Shown here: positions 33,116 through 49,143 of the stretch, one piece after another | Layout of the letters: each line of letters starts with the position of its first letter | Numbering within the stretch: position 1 is the first letter of the stretch | Assembly: GCA_951406725.2 (NCBI GenBank) | Contig: OX597822.1 | Coordinates: 17,794,001-17,858,000, forward strand | Origin: Octopus vulgaris | Lineage: Eukaryota | DNA: 64,000 bases | Direction: 5' to 3' | The notes under the pieces: generated by a model | Database searches by the model: none | Told to the model about the DNA's origin: nothing | What the model saw: only the letters and a program-made list of their open reading frames with translations | Made by a program: the position numbers and the translations under genes

Positions 33116-33406
33116 TTTTCTTATTTTTCTTTTGAACAGATTGCGGGGTCTAGGATTGGTGCTGTTTGGTTAAATGATTTAGTTCTTTAGCTACAAGGTC
33201 CTGAGTTCAATCTCAGATGTCATTTTCTATAGCTTTGGGTTCACCCATATGTTGTGACTTAGTGAGTAAAACTGGGCAGAGAGAAATTGTGGAGAACTGT
33301 ATCAAGTGAATTGTCACTGTCAGTGGAAAGGCAGAGCTTTGTCACACACCCTGTGCCATACTGATTGTGCCTGCAAATTACATTAAAGGTGCTCTTGTTC
33401 TGTATG

Positions 33407-33437
<31 letters not shown>

Positions 33438-33438
<1 letters not shown>

Positions 33439-33793
33439 ATCAAAATAACCAACAAGGATATCCAGAGGTAATGCAGTACGATCGTTTCATATAACTACAT
33501 TTAATTGAAGAATGCAAATAGAATAACTATACAAATAAATCCTTCGAATTTAACCAAATTCTATATTTTTATGCAGTTGAAGATTGCTCTACATTTTAAA
33601 ACTGATGTAATATTTGTATTGTTCAATTAAATGGAGTTGCATGAAACGATCGTACTGCATTACCTCTGGATATCCTTGTTGCTTATTTTGATTGTAATCA
33701 CCCCATTTTGGATTATATGGATAATACCAGACAAAATTCTGGTGCCTTTAACTTAAGTACCATATCCAACTGAATCTAAATTTTACTGAACCT
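33438..33793 (+). mobile_element. Penelope-like terminus with an 83-bp inverted duplication (33438-33520 / 33611-33693)
   Basis: Arms are near-perfect reverse complements, flanked by (TA)n, and enclose a hammerhead motif. Confidence 0.7.
33571..33660 (+). ncRNA. Type I hammerhead-like motif with a long helix II
   Basis: ATGCAG-TTGAAGA-T-TGC..GCA-T-GAAA-C(GATC)G-TA-CTGCAT; C3>U in the core. Confidence 0.65.
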
Positions 33794-34225
33794 ATATATA
33801 TATGTGTGTGTGTGTGTGTATGTATGTACTTTTTTTTGTTTTTAATTATTTAAATTCTTCTTCTGAGGAAGGAACTCATTTCTGACAAAGATACAAAACT
33901 CCATCATTGAAATCCAGATAACAAAAAACAATGTCTAATTTAAACTTGAGAAATGTCTTGCATATTTTGATTCTTCCACTTACAGATTGTATTTGTAATG
34001 TGCGAATTAGCTGGTTGATTTGTTTTTCTGAAAATCTGATCTTAACCAGGTTGTTACTTAATCATTTACTCGCAAAGCAAAATCCACACGTATGTATGTA
34101 TGTACGTATGTACTTTCGTTCGTTCGTTCGTATATGTTTCTCTTTGAGTTTTATCTAAGTTCTTAAGAGAGTTCAAGCTGGTCACTAACAAAGCAACAAG
34201 ACTTTTTGAGTCATTAGATTTCCCT

Positions 34226-35132
34226 ATCATCATCATCATCGTTTAACGTCCGTTTTCCATGCTAGCATGGGTTGGACAGTTCGACTGGGGTCTGGGAAGC
34301 CAGGAGACTGCACTAGGCTCCAGTCTGATCTGGCAGTGTTTCTACAGCTGGATGCCCTTCCTATCACTAACCATTCTGAGAGTGTAGTGAGTACTTTTTA
34401 CATGTCACCAGCATGGGGGCCAGAGGGGGCTGGCATTGACCACAATCGGATGGTTCCTTTTTACATACCACGGGCATGGGGATCACAACTAAAATTTCCA
34501 TTTGATTTTCATGTACTTGACTCAGTAGGTCTCCTCAAGCATGGCATGTTGCCCTACAATCCAAGGTACTTTTGAGTGGGCTGGTTATGTGACACCGGTG
34601 TAGGTTACAGCTGAGGACTCACTTTATTTGCCAGGTCTTCTCAGTCACAGCATACCTCCAGATGCCCAGGTCTTTTGTCATTGCCTCTGTGAGGCCCAAC
34701 GTTCAAAGGTCAGGCTTCACCATCTCATCCCATGTCTTCCTGGGTCTCCCTCTACCCTGGATTCCTTCAACTGTTTGGGAGTGGCACTTCTTCACACAGG
34801 TCTCCTCATCCATCCATAGTACATGACCATACCAATGCAAACGTCTCTCTTGCACACCACATCCAGTGCTTCTTATGCCTAACATTTCTCTCAGGGCACT
34901 TACACTCTGTTGTGTATGCACACTGACATTACACATCCAGTGGATCATGCTAGCTTCACTTCTTTTGAGCCTAAGCATGTCTTCAGCAGTCACAGCCCAT
35001 GTTTCACTGCCATGAAGCATGGCAGTTTGCATACATGCATTGTACAATCTACCTTTCACTCTGAGTGAGAGACCCTTTGTCACCAGCAGGGGTAGAAGCC
35101 TTCTGAACTTTGCCCAGGTTATTCTTATTGTA
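34226..35132 (-). mobile_element. RTE LINE 3' fragment
   Basis: ORF 34703-35188 WAKFRRLLPLLVTKGLSLRVKGRLY..GSETW..GRGRPRKTW; (GAT)n tail. Confidence 0.9.
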
Positions 35133-36229
35133 GTGTTTATAAATATGTGGTTGAGTTGATATGTTGGTTGAGCTGTTGACGCACACAATCAAGAGTGTGC
35201 TTATATTCATCTAAAGAATCACAGATGGTCAAACTTTGGAGTGTCTTACAAATCTTCACTATGTCACTTAGAGACTCTCAATTTGTATGTATCTGTCTGT
35301 CTGTATTTTTTGCAGGTCTTGTTTTTAGTCCTCCTGGGTTTCTAGCAATCCTCCTCACCAGGCAAGCCTAGTGAGGGTGCCAGTTTAGTCACAGGTGACT
35401 GGACCATGCAACAGGTTGTTGCACCAGTAGCTGGTGCAACAACCTCATGCATGACCATTGCTGGCATTTTGCATGGGTAATGGTCAGTGATGGTCTCTCC
35501 TCATTCACAAATGGATAGCCATCATCATCATATGTATGCATGCATGCATTTATGTGTGTGTGTGTGGAGGGGGGCAGATTTCTGCACAGTCTGTGTCACA
35601 TGACATAGTTCATTCTCACTTTTGGTAGAAGATGTAGCATAGAAGGATCAAAGAGTGAAGATGTAGCATAGAGTGAAGATGTAGCATAGAAGGATCAAAC
35701 TCTGACCATGTCTTTGTGAAGCCAGCTTCTTAACCACAAAACCATGCGTTCACCTACTTGCTGCTAAGCATTTTCTTGCTGAAATCATCTCAAATCCTTT
35801 TTACTTTTCATCCTATTTCTACCTCTTCTAATTGTATATAGAACAACCTGACCAGTAAAAATTAGCTGCTTTTTAATAATAAGAGGGAGAATGACAAGAA
35901 TAAAAGTTTCAAAATGGAGTTATCACTAAGCGTGCCAGGATTTACATGTGAGCTGCCAAATGAACAAAAAGTTCGCTTAGTGGAGAAATATATCTACAGC
36001 AAAAACAGTAAAAAACAGAAAAAAAAGAATGAAATGGTTTTGAATTTGTTCATTAAGCAAACTGTTTTTCCATACATGTATAAGTTTTTGACTAGAATTA
36101 ATTTTAGGTGAGGTTTTATGACCAGCAACTCTTCCTGTTGCCAACCTTCAGCCGATGTGAAAGGTTTTTCATTCATTCACACATATGTGCACCCGGCCCT
36201 ATATATATACATGTGTATATTGCATACAT

Positions 36230-36980
36230 GACAGAGTGTAAGTGCCTTGAGAGAAAAGTTGGATTTAAGAAGCATTGGATGTGGTGTGCAAGAGAGACGA
36301 CTATGCTGGTATGGTCAGGTGATGCATATGAATGAGGGCAGCTGTGGGAAAAAGTGTCACACCCTAGCAGTTGAGGGAACCTGTGGAAGAGGTAGATCCA
36401 GGAAGACCTGGGCTGAGGTGGTGAAGCACGACCTTTGAACATAGAGCTTTACCCAGGAAATGACTAGTGACCTGGACCTTTGGAGGTATGCTGTGCTTGA
36501 GAAGACCCGACAAGGCAAGTGAGATCATAGCCCATGGTCTATGCCAGGGGGTGTAACCAGGGACAATGAACATAGCTTGTGAAGACCTATTGAGGCAAGT
36601 GTAAACAAAATCAGAACTGCTGATGTGGCCGACGACAGTACCACATGATTGGCACTTGTGATGATTGTTGCCAGCATCACCTTACCAGCACAGGTGCCGG
36701 TGGCACGTGAAAAACATCATTTGAGCGTGGTTGTTACCAGTGCGCCTTTTGAGCATGATCGTGGTCATTGCCAGAACTGCCTGACTGGCTTTCGTGCCGG
36801 TGGTATGTAAAAAGCATCTACTACACTCCCAGAGTGGTTGACATTAGGAAGGGCATCCAGCTGTAGAAACTTTGCTCGACCATACTGAGCCTGGTGCAGC
36901 CTCTGGCTCACCAGTCCTCAGTCAAACCGTCCAACCCATGCCAGCATGGAAAGTGGATGTCAAACGATGATGATGATGAT
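36230..36980 (+). mobile_element. RTE LINE 3' fragment
   Basis: VQERRLCWYG..GRGRSRKTW, followed by a 3' UTR ending gatgatgat. Confidence 0.85.
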
Positions 36981-36985
36981 ATATA

Positions 36986-37818
36986 CAGGGTGTGGTGAAT
37001 AAATTGACGTTTAAATTATGCAAAAAGGAAAATAACACTGACTTCTCATTTTAACAGATATATTTACCAAAATCACATAAAAATATCTTGAAGTACTAAT
37101 GAGTAAATTTAGTCAATAAAATTGCCATTGGCTTCAACCACAGTCTCTGGATGGCTTTGGAATCTCATGCAACTCTTGTGGACGGTCTCCTTGTTTAAGT
37201 TGGTGAATGCTGCCATAATCCCTGCCTTCAGTTCATCTTTGGTGTTACAAGGAGTTCTGCTGGTCACTAGCTCAACTGTGTCCCACATATAATAATCAAG
37301 GAGATTACAGACTGGGGTGTTAGGTGGCCAGCCATGACTGGGTTCTCCTATTTGTGTGGCATGGTGCAGAGTCTTGTTGCCAGACATATGGTCTTCCAGC
37401 AGCCACCCTCTGGGGCCAGGGCAGCACTACCTCCTCCAGGCACTTCATGTATGCCTCTGTATTGAGTCTGATGCCTTGTGGGAAGAAGAATGGAGGCATA
37501 ATGTTGCCATTTTAAGTGATCACTCCAAACACGATGATGTTGATTGGATGTTTGATTTTTATCACTCTCAGTACATGTCCTCAGATTGACACCCAAACAT
37601 TCTGAAATGTTTGTACTGGAGCTTGCGGCCTGAATACCAAGTGATATAGGATATTATTTCCAAATTTTTGGCCGAGTGAATTGTGTCATGGTGCTGTTTT
37701 GCTTAGATGGTGACCAACTGACCCTACTATACTGTGTAGTCAACAAAATTAAAAACAAACAATGTGCATGTGTGAAATTAAAAATATAAAATGGTGACAA
37801 TTTACCCATCACACCCTG
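36986..37818 (-). mobile_element. Tc1/mariner (DD37D, maT-like) internal-deletion derivative
   Basis: TA|CAGGGTGTG...CACACCCTG|TA termini; remnants MPPFFFPQG, YVWQQDSAPCH, CNLLDYYMW. Confidence 0.88.
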
Positions 37819-37840
37819 TATTTATATAAATGTGTGTATG

Positions 37841-37891
<51 letters not shown>

Positions 37892-37910
37892 ATATATATA
37901 CATATACATA

Positions 37911-38671
37911 ATCAAAATCAAATCAAGTCAAATCAAAATAGATGAACATCAATGGAATTTGTATCCTTGTGGTACCAGTGCCGGTGGCACATAAGAAAGC
38001 CATCCGAACGTGACCGTAGCCAGTACCGCATCGACTGGCCTCCGTGCTGAGGGCACGTAACAAACATCATCTGAGCGTGGCCGTTCGCCAGCCTCGTCTG
38101 GCACCTGTGTCGGTGGCACATAAGAAGACACCATCCGAGCATGGCCGTCTGCCAGCCTCGTCTGGCACCTGTGTCGGTGGCACATAAAAACACCATCCGA
38201 GCATTGCCGTCTGCCAGCCTCGTCTGGCACCTGTGTCGGTGGCACATAAAAACACCATCCGAGCATTGCCGTCTGCCAGCCTCGTCTGGCACCTGTGTCG
38301 GTGGCACATAAAAAACACCATCCGAGCATTGCCGTCTGCCAGCCTCGTCTGGCACCTGTGTCGGTGGCACATAAAAACACCATCCGAGCGTTGCCGTCTG
38401 CCAGCCTCGTCTGGCACCTGTGTCGGTGACACATAAAATCACCATCCGAGCGTGGCCGTCTGCCAGCCTCGTTTGGCACCAGTGTCGGTGGCACATAAAA
38501 TCACCCACTACACTCTCGGAGTGGTTGGCGTTAGGAAGGGCATCCAGCTGTAGAAACACTGCCAGATCTGACTGGCCTGGTGCAGCCTTCAAGCTTGCCA
38601 GACCCCAGTTGAACCATCCAGCCCATGCTAGCATGGAAAGCGGACGTTAAACGATGATGATGATGATGATG
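37911..38671 (+). mobile_element. RTE 3' UTR-only insertion with an expanded minisatellite
   Basis: Reverse complement of ~12483-12970, with 7 copies of a ~62-bp unit at ~38065-38504. Confidence 0.9.
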
Positions 38672-40091
<1,420 letters not shown>

Positions 40092-40092
40092 T

Positions 40093-41189
40093 AGCGGTGT
40101 TCCACAGGGCACTGTTTTGGGACCACTACTGTTCATAATGGCCCTCTCAGACATGCCCTCAGCCACGCGGAGAGCCACGATCACAAGTTATGCAGATGAT
40201 ACAAAAGTTTCACAGGCAATACAGAACCCTGAAGACACTAGGCACCTGCAATATGAGCTGGACGAAATTTACAAGTGGGCTGAAAAGAATAGGCATGCAG
40301 TTCAATGCTGAAAAGTTTCAAGCTTTATACTATCAGCATGCAAAACTGAATGCAATACCCAAGAAATACACTGGGCCCGGAGGGATTGCAATCCCAGAGG
40401 CACAATCAGTGAGTGACCTGGGTATTCACATGAGTGATGACGCGACCTTTCATGTACATGTTGCTAAACTGACAGTGAAATGCAGACGCCTGGCTGGATG
40501 GATTCTTAGAACCTTTAGAACAAGAGAACAAGAAACCATGATGGTCCTCTGGAAGACACTTGTCCTAAGTCACTTTGACTATTGCTCTCAGCTATGGTCA
40601 CCATCCAGTGTCAAGTTGATCACAGAACTTGAGGCGATCCAACGAAGCTACACGAAGAAGATAGCCTCTATGCAGAATGTAAGCTACTGGGAAAGACTCA
40701 AGAGATTAAAATTATATTCCCTGGAGCGTAGGCGGGAAAGATATGCCATAATATACATCTGGAAGATCCTGGAGGGAAGTGTCCTGAACTTTGGCATCGA
40801 GAGTTACGCAAACGCCAGAACTGGGCGCCACTGCGTGGTGCCTAGGACTCCAAACTTGCCATCAAGATGTAGGACAAGATTCTGTGATAGCCTGGGCTTC
40901 CGAGGCCCACAGCTCTTCAATATCCTCCCGATGAACCTGAGAGACCTGCATGGGGTGGATACAGATGTCTTTAAAATGGAGCTGGATCTCTCCTGTCAGG
41001 TGTCCCAGATGAACCAACTTCACGGCAGGAGGGGCAGATGAGGGCAGCTGCATCGATTTCTCTCATGCACCAAATAGCAGTTGCTAAAAGCCTTCCATGA
41101 AGTGAAACCAAGTAGCAACACCAAATGGCGGTGCCCCAGCATGGCCACAGCTCATGAGCTGAAACTGGAATCAATCAATCAATCAATCA
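40093..41189 (+). mobile_element. CR1/L2-group LINE, 5'-truncated, with frameshifts
   Basis: [29 protein letters not shown]; (ATCA)n tail. Confidence 0.92.
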
Positions 41190-41246
41190 TATATATATAT
41201 ATACATATATATATATACATATATATATATACATATATATACATAT

Positions 41247-41279
<33 letters not shown>

Positions 41280-41285
41280 ATATAC

Positions 41286-41338
<53 letters not shown>

Positions 41339-41395
41339 CATACATATATATATATACATATATATACATATATATATATACATATATATATACAT

Positions 41396-42943
41396 GATTG
41401 ATTTGATTTTGATTTTTGATTTTACAGTTTCAGCTTATGAGCTGTGGCCATGCTGGGGCACCGCCATTTGGTGTTGCTACTTGGTTTCACTTCATGAAGG
41501 CTTTCTAGCAGCTGCTATTTGGTGAATGAGAGAGTTCGATGCAGCTGCCCTCATCTGCCCCTCCTGCCGTGAAGTTGGTTCATCTGGGACACCTGACAGG
41601 AAGAGATCCAGCTTCATTTTAAAGACATCTGTATCCACCCCATGCAGGTCTCTCAGGATCTTCGGGAGGATATTGAAGAGCTGTGGGCCTCGGAAGCCCA
41701 GGCTATCACAGTATCTTGTCCTACATCTTGATGGCAAGTTTGGAGTCCTAGGCACCACGCAGTGGCGCCCAGTTCTGGCATTTGCGTAACTCTCGATGCC
41801 AAAGTTCAGGACACTTCCCTCCAGGATCTTCCAGATGTATATTATGGCATATCTTTCCCGCCTACGCTCCAGGGAATATAATTTTAATTTCTTGAGTCTT
41901 TCCCAGTAGCTTACATTCTGCATAGAGGCTATCTTCTTCGTGTAGCTACGTTGGATCGCCTCGAGCTCTGTGATCAACTTGACACTGGATGGTGACCATA
42001 ACTGAGAGCAGTAGTCAAAGTGGCTTAGGACAAGTGTCCTCCAGAGGACCATCATGGTTTCTTGTTCTCTTGTTCTAAAGGTTCTGAGGATCCATCCGGC
42101 CAGTCGTCTACATTTCATTGCCAATTTAGCAACATGTACACGAAAGGTCGCGTCATCACTCATGTAAATACCTAGGTCACGCACTGATTGTGCCTCTGGG
42201 ATTGCTATTCCTCCGGGTCCAGTGTATTCATTGGGTATTGCATTTAGTTTTGCATGCTGATAGTATAGAGCTTGAAACTTTTCAGCATTGAACTGCATGC
42301 TATTCTTTTCGGCCCACTTGTATATTTTGTCTAGCTCACATTGCAGGTGTTTAGTGTCCTCAGGGTTCTGTATTGCCTGTGAAACTTTTGTATCATCTGC
42401 ATAACTTGTGATCGTGGCTCTCTGCGTGGCTGAGGGCATGTCTGAGAGGGCCATTATGAACAGTAGTGGTCCCAGAACAGTGCCCTGTGGAACACCGCTC
42501 ACTATTTGCGTGTTAATGGAAGTGGCCCCATTGGCCACTACCACCTGACTTCTATCTTTCAGAAAGTCATGAAGCCATTCTCCCAGTTTTCCAACTATGT
42601 TGAGATCACGCAGTTTGTGACATATCATTCCATGATCGACTTTATCAAAGGCCTTTGCAAAGTCGAGATATATCACTTCCACATTTGAGTGGTTGAGCAG
42701 CCGTTTCAGCACCCAGTCATAGTGTTGTAGGAGCTGAGTTAAACAGCTTCTCCCTGGTCGGAAACCATGTCGGGTGTCGGGCAGCAAGTCATTTTCTTCA
42801 AGGAAGGTGATCAGCTTCCTTCTGACTATTCGTTCCATGACCTTGCTGATGTGTGAGGTCAGAGAGATAGGTCTATAGTTCTTGGCTTCCGCTCTGCTAC
42901 CTCCTTTATGAATGGGGCATGTTTTACCTTCCTTCAGTTTTCT
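41396..42943 (-). mobile_element. CR1/L2-group LINE, 5'-truncated, with an uninterrupted RT frame (41492-~42943)
   Basis: [54 protein letters not shown]; AAATC-type tail. Confidence 0.95.
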
Positions 42944-42974
42944 TATACATATATACATATATATATATATACAT

Positions 42975-43217
42975 ATCATCATCATCGTTTAACGTCCGCT
43001 TTCCGCGCTAGCACGGGTTGGACGGTTTGACCGGGTCTGGGAAGCCAGGGGCCGCTCCAGGCTCCAGTCTGAATCTGGCAGAGTTTCTACGGCTGGATGC
43101 CCTTCCTAACGCCAACCACTCCGTGAGTGGATTGGGTGCTTTTTACGTGCCACCTGCACAGGGGCCGGAGGGTCCGGCATCGTCACGATCGGATTCGAGC
43201 ATTTTAACGTGTCAGCG

Positions 43218-43218
<1 letters not shown>
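42975..43218 (-). mobile_element. Short RTE-related 3' end
   Basis: (CAT)n-cgtttaacgtccgctttcc and ggctggatgcccttcctaacgccaacc. Confidence 0.8.
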
Positions 43219-45524
<2,306 letters not shown>

Positions 45525-46569
45525 CTGATGTTCATAGTGGCCCTTTCAGACATGCCTTCAGTTGCTACGATGGCCACTCTTACTAGCTATGCAGATGACA
45601 CAAAAGTCTCCCACGCAATACAAAACCCTGAAAATATTGCGTATCTGCAACATGAGCTGGACACAATACACAGGTGGGCTGAGGACAACAACATGCAGTT
45701 TAATGCAGGTAAGTTCCAGGCCCTGCGCTACTGGCACACAAAGGTAAACGACGTGAAGACTGGATACACTGGCCCAGGAATAATTGCAATCCCAGAGTCA
45801 AAATCAGTGCGTGACCTGGGCATTGACATGAGCAATGATGCATCTTTCCAAGTGCATATTGCTAATCTGGTGATAAAATGCAGACGGCTAGCTGGATGGA
45901 TTCTCCGAACTTTCAGAACAAGAGAGAAGGAGACACTGATGGTCCTATGGAAAACATTTGTCCTCAGCCGCTTGGACTACTGCTCCCAACTTTGGTCACC
46001 ACACAATATAAAACTAACAGCAGAACTCGAAGCAATTCAGAGAAGCTACACAAAGAAAATCGTCTCAATGCAAAATATCAGCTACTGGGAAAGACTGAAG
46101 GTATTAAACCTCTTCTCCCTAGAGCGGAGGCGGGAGAGATATGCGGTGATATACATCTGGAAAATCCTGGAGGGTCTTGTCCCAAACTTTGGCATTCAAA
46201 GTTACCCCAACCGCAGAATGGGGCGCCACTGCATGGTGCCAAGGATTCCAACATCACCATCAAAATACAGGTCCAGATACTGCAACAGCTTGGGTTTCAG
46301 AGGACCACAGCTCTTTAACATCCTCCCTAAATGCCTGAGAGACTTACATGGTGTGGATGTGGGTCTCTTTAAAACTAAACTGGATCTCTTCTTGTTGGGA
46401 GTCCCAGATGATCCTACCTCATGATAGGAGACTTGGATGCGGGCAGCATCATCGAACTCCCTTGTTGATCAAGTGCCACGTATCAGAGGTGGATTCACAA
46501 ATTAGTGTAGCTCATTCAGCGGTGGTGCCCCAGCATGGCCGCGGCCTTCGGGCTAAAACATTTTTAAGG

Positions 46570-46570
<1 letters not shown>
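45525..46570 (+). mobile_element. CR1/L2-group LINE of a divergent subfamily, 5'-truncated
   Basis: [28 protein letters not shown]; premature TGA at 46422; same 3' ggtgccccagcatggcc box. Confidence 0.92.
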
Positions 46571-46612
<42 letters not shown>

Positions 46613-46616
<4 letters not shown>

Positions 46617-47283
46617 GGAATTTCAACCGTGTTTCATGGTCTGCTACCACAACAGCTCCTTTATAGGATCCAGTTAGCTCAAGACATCATCAGGAGGAAC
46701 CACGTCCAGTTTCGGCCCCTTCTCCTCTACTGTTTTGACGTGCCCCCCCCCCCTTTTGGAGGAGTCTTCAGCTCTGGTGTTGGGTGCATGTCTTCCTTCT
46801 TCTTTCTTCTGTTCCCTGACCTCTTCGATGTAGCATCATTGAGTGTCAGCGGGTGATTGACTGTCTTGTCAAATCTCCCTTTAAATACCTGCCTCTAGAC
46901 TCCAGCAGGCAGTCCCAGCAAATTGTCACGTGACACTCTCTCAACTTTAACTGACCAATGAAGGAGCATAGTCTTAGCCCACGCATTCTCTAAACGACCG
47001 TCACCTGTCAGTCAGTGAAGCTAATTCGGTGTCAGCTTGTCTCACCTAGTGATGTTTTTTTCCGCCGGCATGTTATGACTTTCAAGCCATTTTTGGTCTT
47101 CCCACTTCAGCCATATATAGAAGCTGGCTTTTTCGACCGCCTCCTGGACTCTCCTTATTAGTTTTCTCTTCTTTTAAATAGCGTTGTCATTTTTCTTTCA
47201 ATGAAGCCCCTAGCCCTCACTGCCAGGTGGTAATACTCGACATTCCATCCCTGTTCTCTGCACTCTTCGATTAGTTTTTCATA
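46613..47283 (-). mobile_element. HERO-like (restriction-like endonuclease) retrotransposon 3' end
   Basis: 47283-47042 translates, with one frameshift, to YEKLIEECREQGWNVEYYHLAVRARGF..VQEAVEKASFYIWLKWEDQKW; a GC-richer 3' UTR follows. Confidence 0.75.
46681..46742 (-). ncRNA. Candidate non-circularly permuted (pseudoknotted) hammerhead ribozyme
   Basis: CACGTC-AAAA-CAG-TA-GAGGAG-AAGGGGCC-GAAA-CTG-GACGTG-G-TTCCTC-CTGATGA-TGTCTT: all core boxes intact, segments in reversed order. Confidence 0.65.
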
Positions 47284-48633
47284 CCCTTATATGTGTGTGT
47301 GTGTATGCCCTACCTTCCCACATATCCAGAGGCCTGAAGTGATATATTATAAAACAGCCACTTTTGTAACAGAATTCAAGAAATATTTACAAATAGCCCA
47401 CCAACTCTTCCTCAATAAAACACAAAGGTTAAAATCTCTACACAGGGATTTATGCCAGTAAAGAACAAAGAAACATTAAAAACAATCATGATGATAGTGG
47501 AGTTCCTCATACCTGTCTCTTACAAAGCAGGAATTAAAAAATAAAATAGCATAATTTAAGAGAGAAAGAGGTGGGGAGGGAGAGAGATGGACAGCCAAAC
47601 AGGCAGGAAGAGGTGAAGGACTGACCATTTTGAAGCATTTAGCCTAGTGTACTCTGTTTGTCATTGAAATATCAGTGACCAAAAACTATTCCAGTTTGAA
47701 GAAAGAGGAAACCTGCTTTCTCCACATCAGAGCTCAATCACTTCACCTTTCAGGACAGGTTGCTCTTTTCTTGGATTGAATAGACTTTGCTGAAAATATT
47801 TTCTAGCTTCTGTTTACTCCAAAATAATTTTGTCTATTTTTACATTCCTAAAACATCTTCCATCCTAATTCCTTTTGATTGAAAGAATTTTACCATTAAA
47901 AGAGTACAATGAGGTTAATTCATTGTCTTTGCCAAATCTGCATTTGCCGAAATTAGTCTCTTCGATTGAAAGTAAGAGGAGAGCTTTTCTCAGACATTGC
48001 CAAATGTCTTGGCACCCGAAATATCTTTTTCTAGAAAACTGTTTGTTACAGAGTTTTTTTTTTGTTTTCTCTCTCTCTGTTTGTTACGAGTTTCATGAAA
48101 AGGAAAACCCATTACAGAGAAAGTTAAACAGCAACAACAGCAATGATAATAATAATAATAGGAAGAAGAAGAATTATGATGAAGAGGATGAGGTTTATGT
48201 TTTTTGGATTAAGTATGACATAAACAGATATTTTGTTTTAAAATTAATTATATTGTTTAAAGAAATTAAAAAGAAAAAAAATCTACTTTTATTGTTTTCC
48301 TGAAACTTAATTATTCATATTCCAAATGCAAATGGATTATTTATTTAATTTTTTTAATCAAAGCATGTAATTGGGGAATTTTCATTAGGGTTCAACATTA
48401 GCATTTGATTAATTAATATCGATTGTTTTCCATTGGCATCTACTAATTAGTAGGGTAGGAGCATAGTCAATTAAATCAACCACAGAGCATGACTAGTATT
48501 TCATAGACATAATGAACCACCATGGAGACAGTCTTTATGTGGCTGCTTGACATCCTAAAGCTAGCAGCCAAATCTCCCTCAAATCACATTCTAGTGTCTT
48601 AAAAGAATGGATGGATTGGAAAACGTAATATCA

Positions 48634-48934
48634 ACCTCCTCCTCATCCTTCTCCTCATCCTCCTCATCATCATCCTTATCATCATCATCATCCTTCTCCT
48701 TCTCATCATCATCATCATCCTTCTCCTCCTCCTCATCATCATCCTTCTCCTCATCATCATCCTTCTCCTCATCATCATCCTTCTCCTCCTCCTCCTCATC
48801 ATCATCATCCTTCTCCTCCTCCTCCTCATCATCATCATCCTTCTCCTCCTCCTCATCATCATCATCCTTCCTTCTCCTCCTCCTCATCATCATCATAATC
48901 CTTCTCCTCCTCCTCATCATCATCATCATCATCC

Positions 48935-48971
<37 letters not shown>

Positions 48972-49143
48972 CATCCTCATCATCCTCATCATCCTTCTCC
49001 TCCTCCTCATCATCATCATCATCCTTATCATCATCATCATCATCCACATCATCCACATCATCATCCTCATCCTCATCCTCATCCTCATCCTCCTCCTCAT
49101 CATCATCATCCTTATCATCATCATCATCCTCATCATCATCATA
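48634..49143. repeat. Compound (TCC)/(TCA) trinucleotide region
   Basis: Direct reading. Confidence 0.95.

Noticed and set aside
33858-33900. CTGAGGA followed by the hairpin AGGAA/TTTCT
   Set aside because: It is followed by GACA, with no convincing helix III or helix I partner.
38065-38504. Regularly spaced repeats resembling a CRISPR array
   Set aside because: The units are contiguous with no unique spacers, there are no cas genes, and they lie in a eukaryotic LINE UTR.
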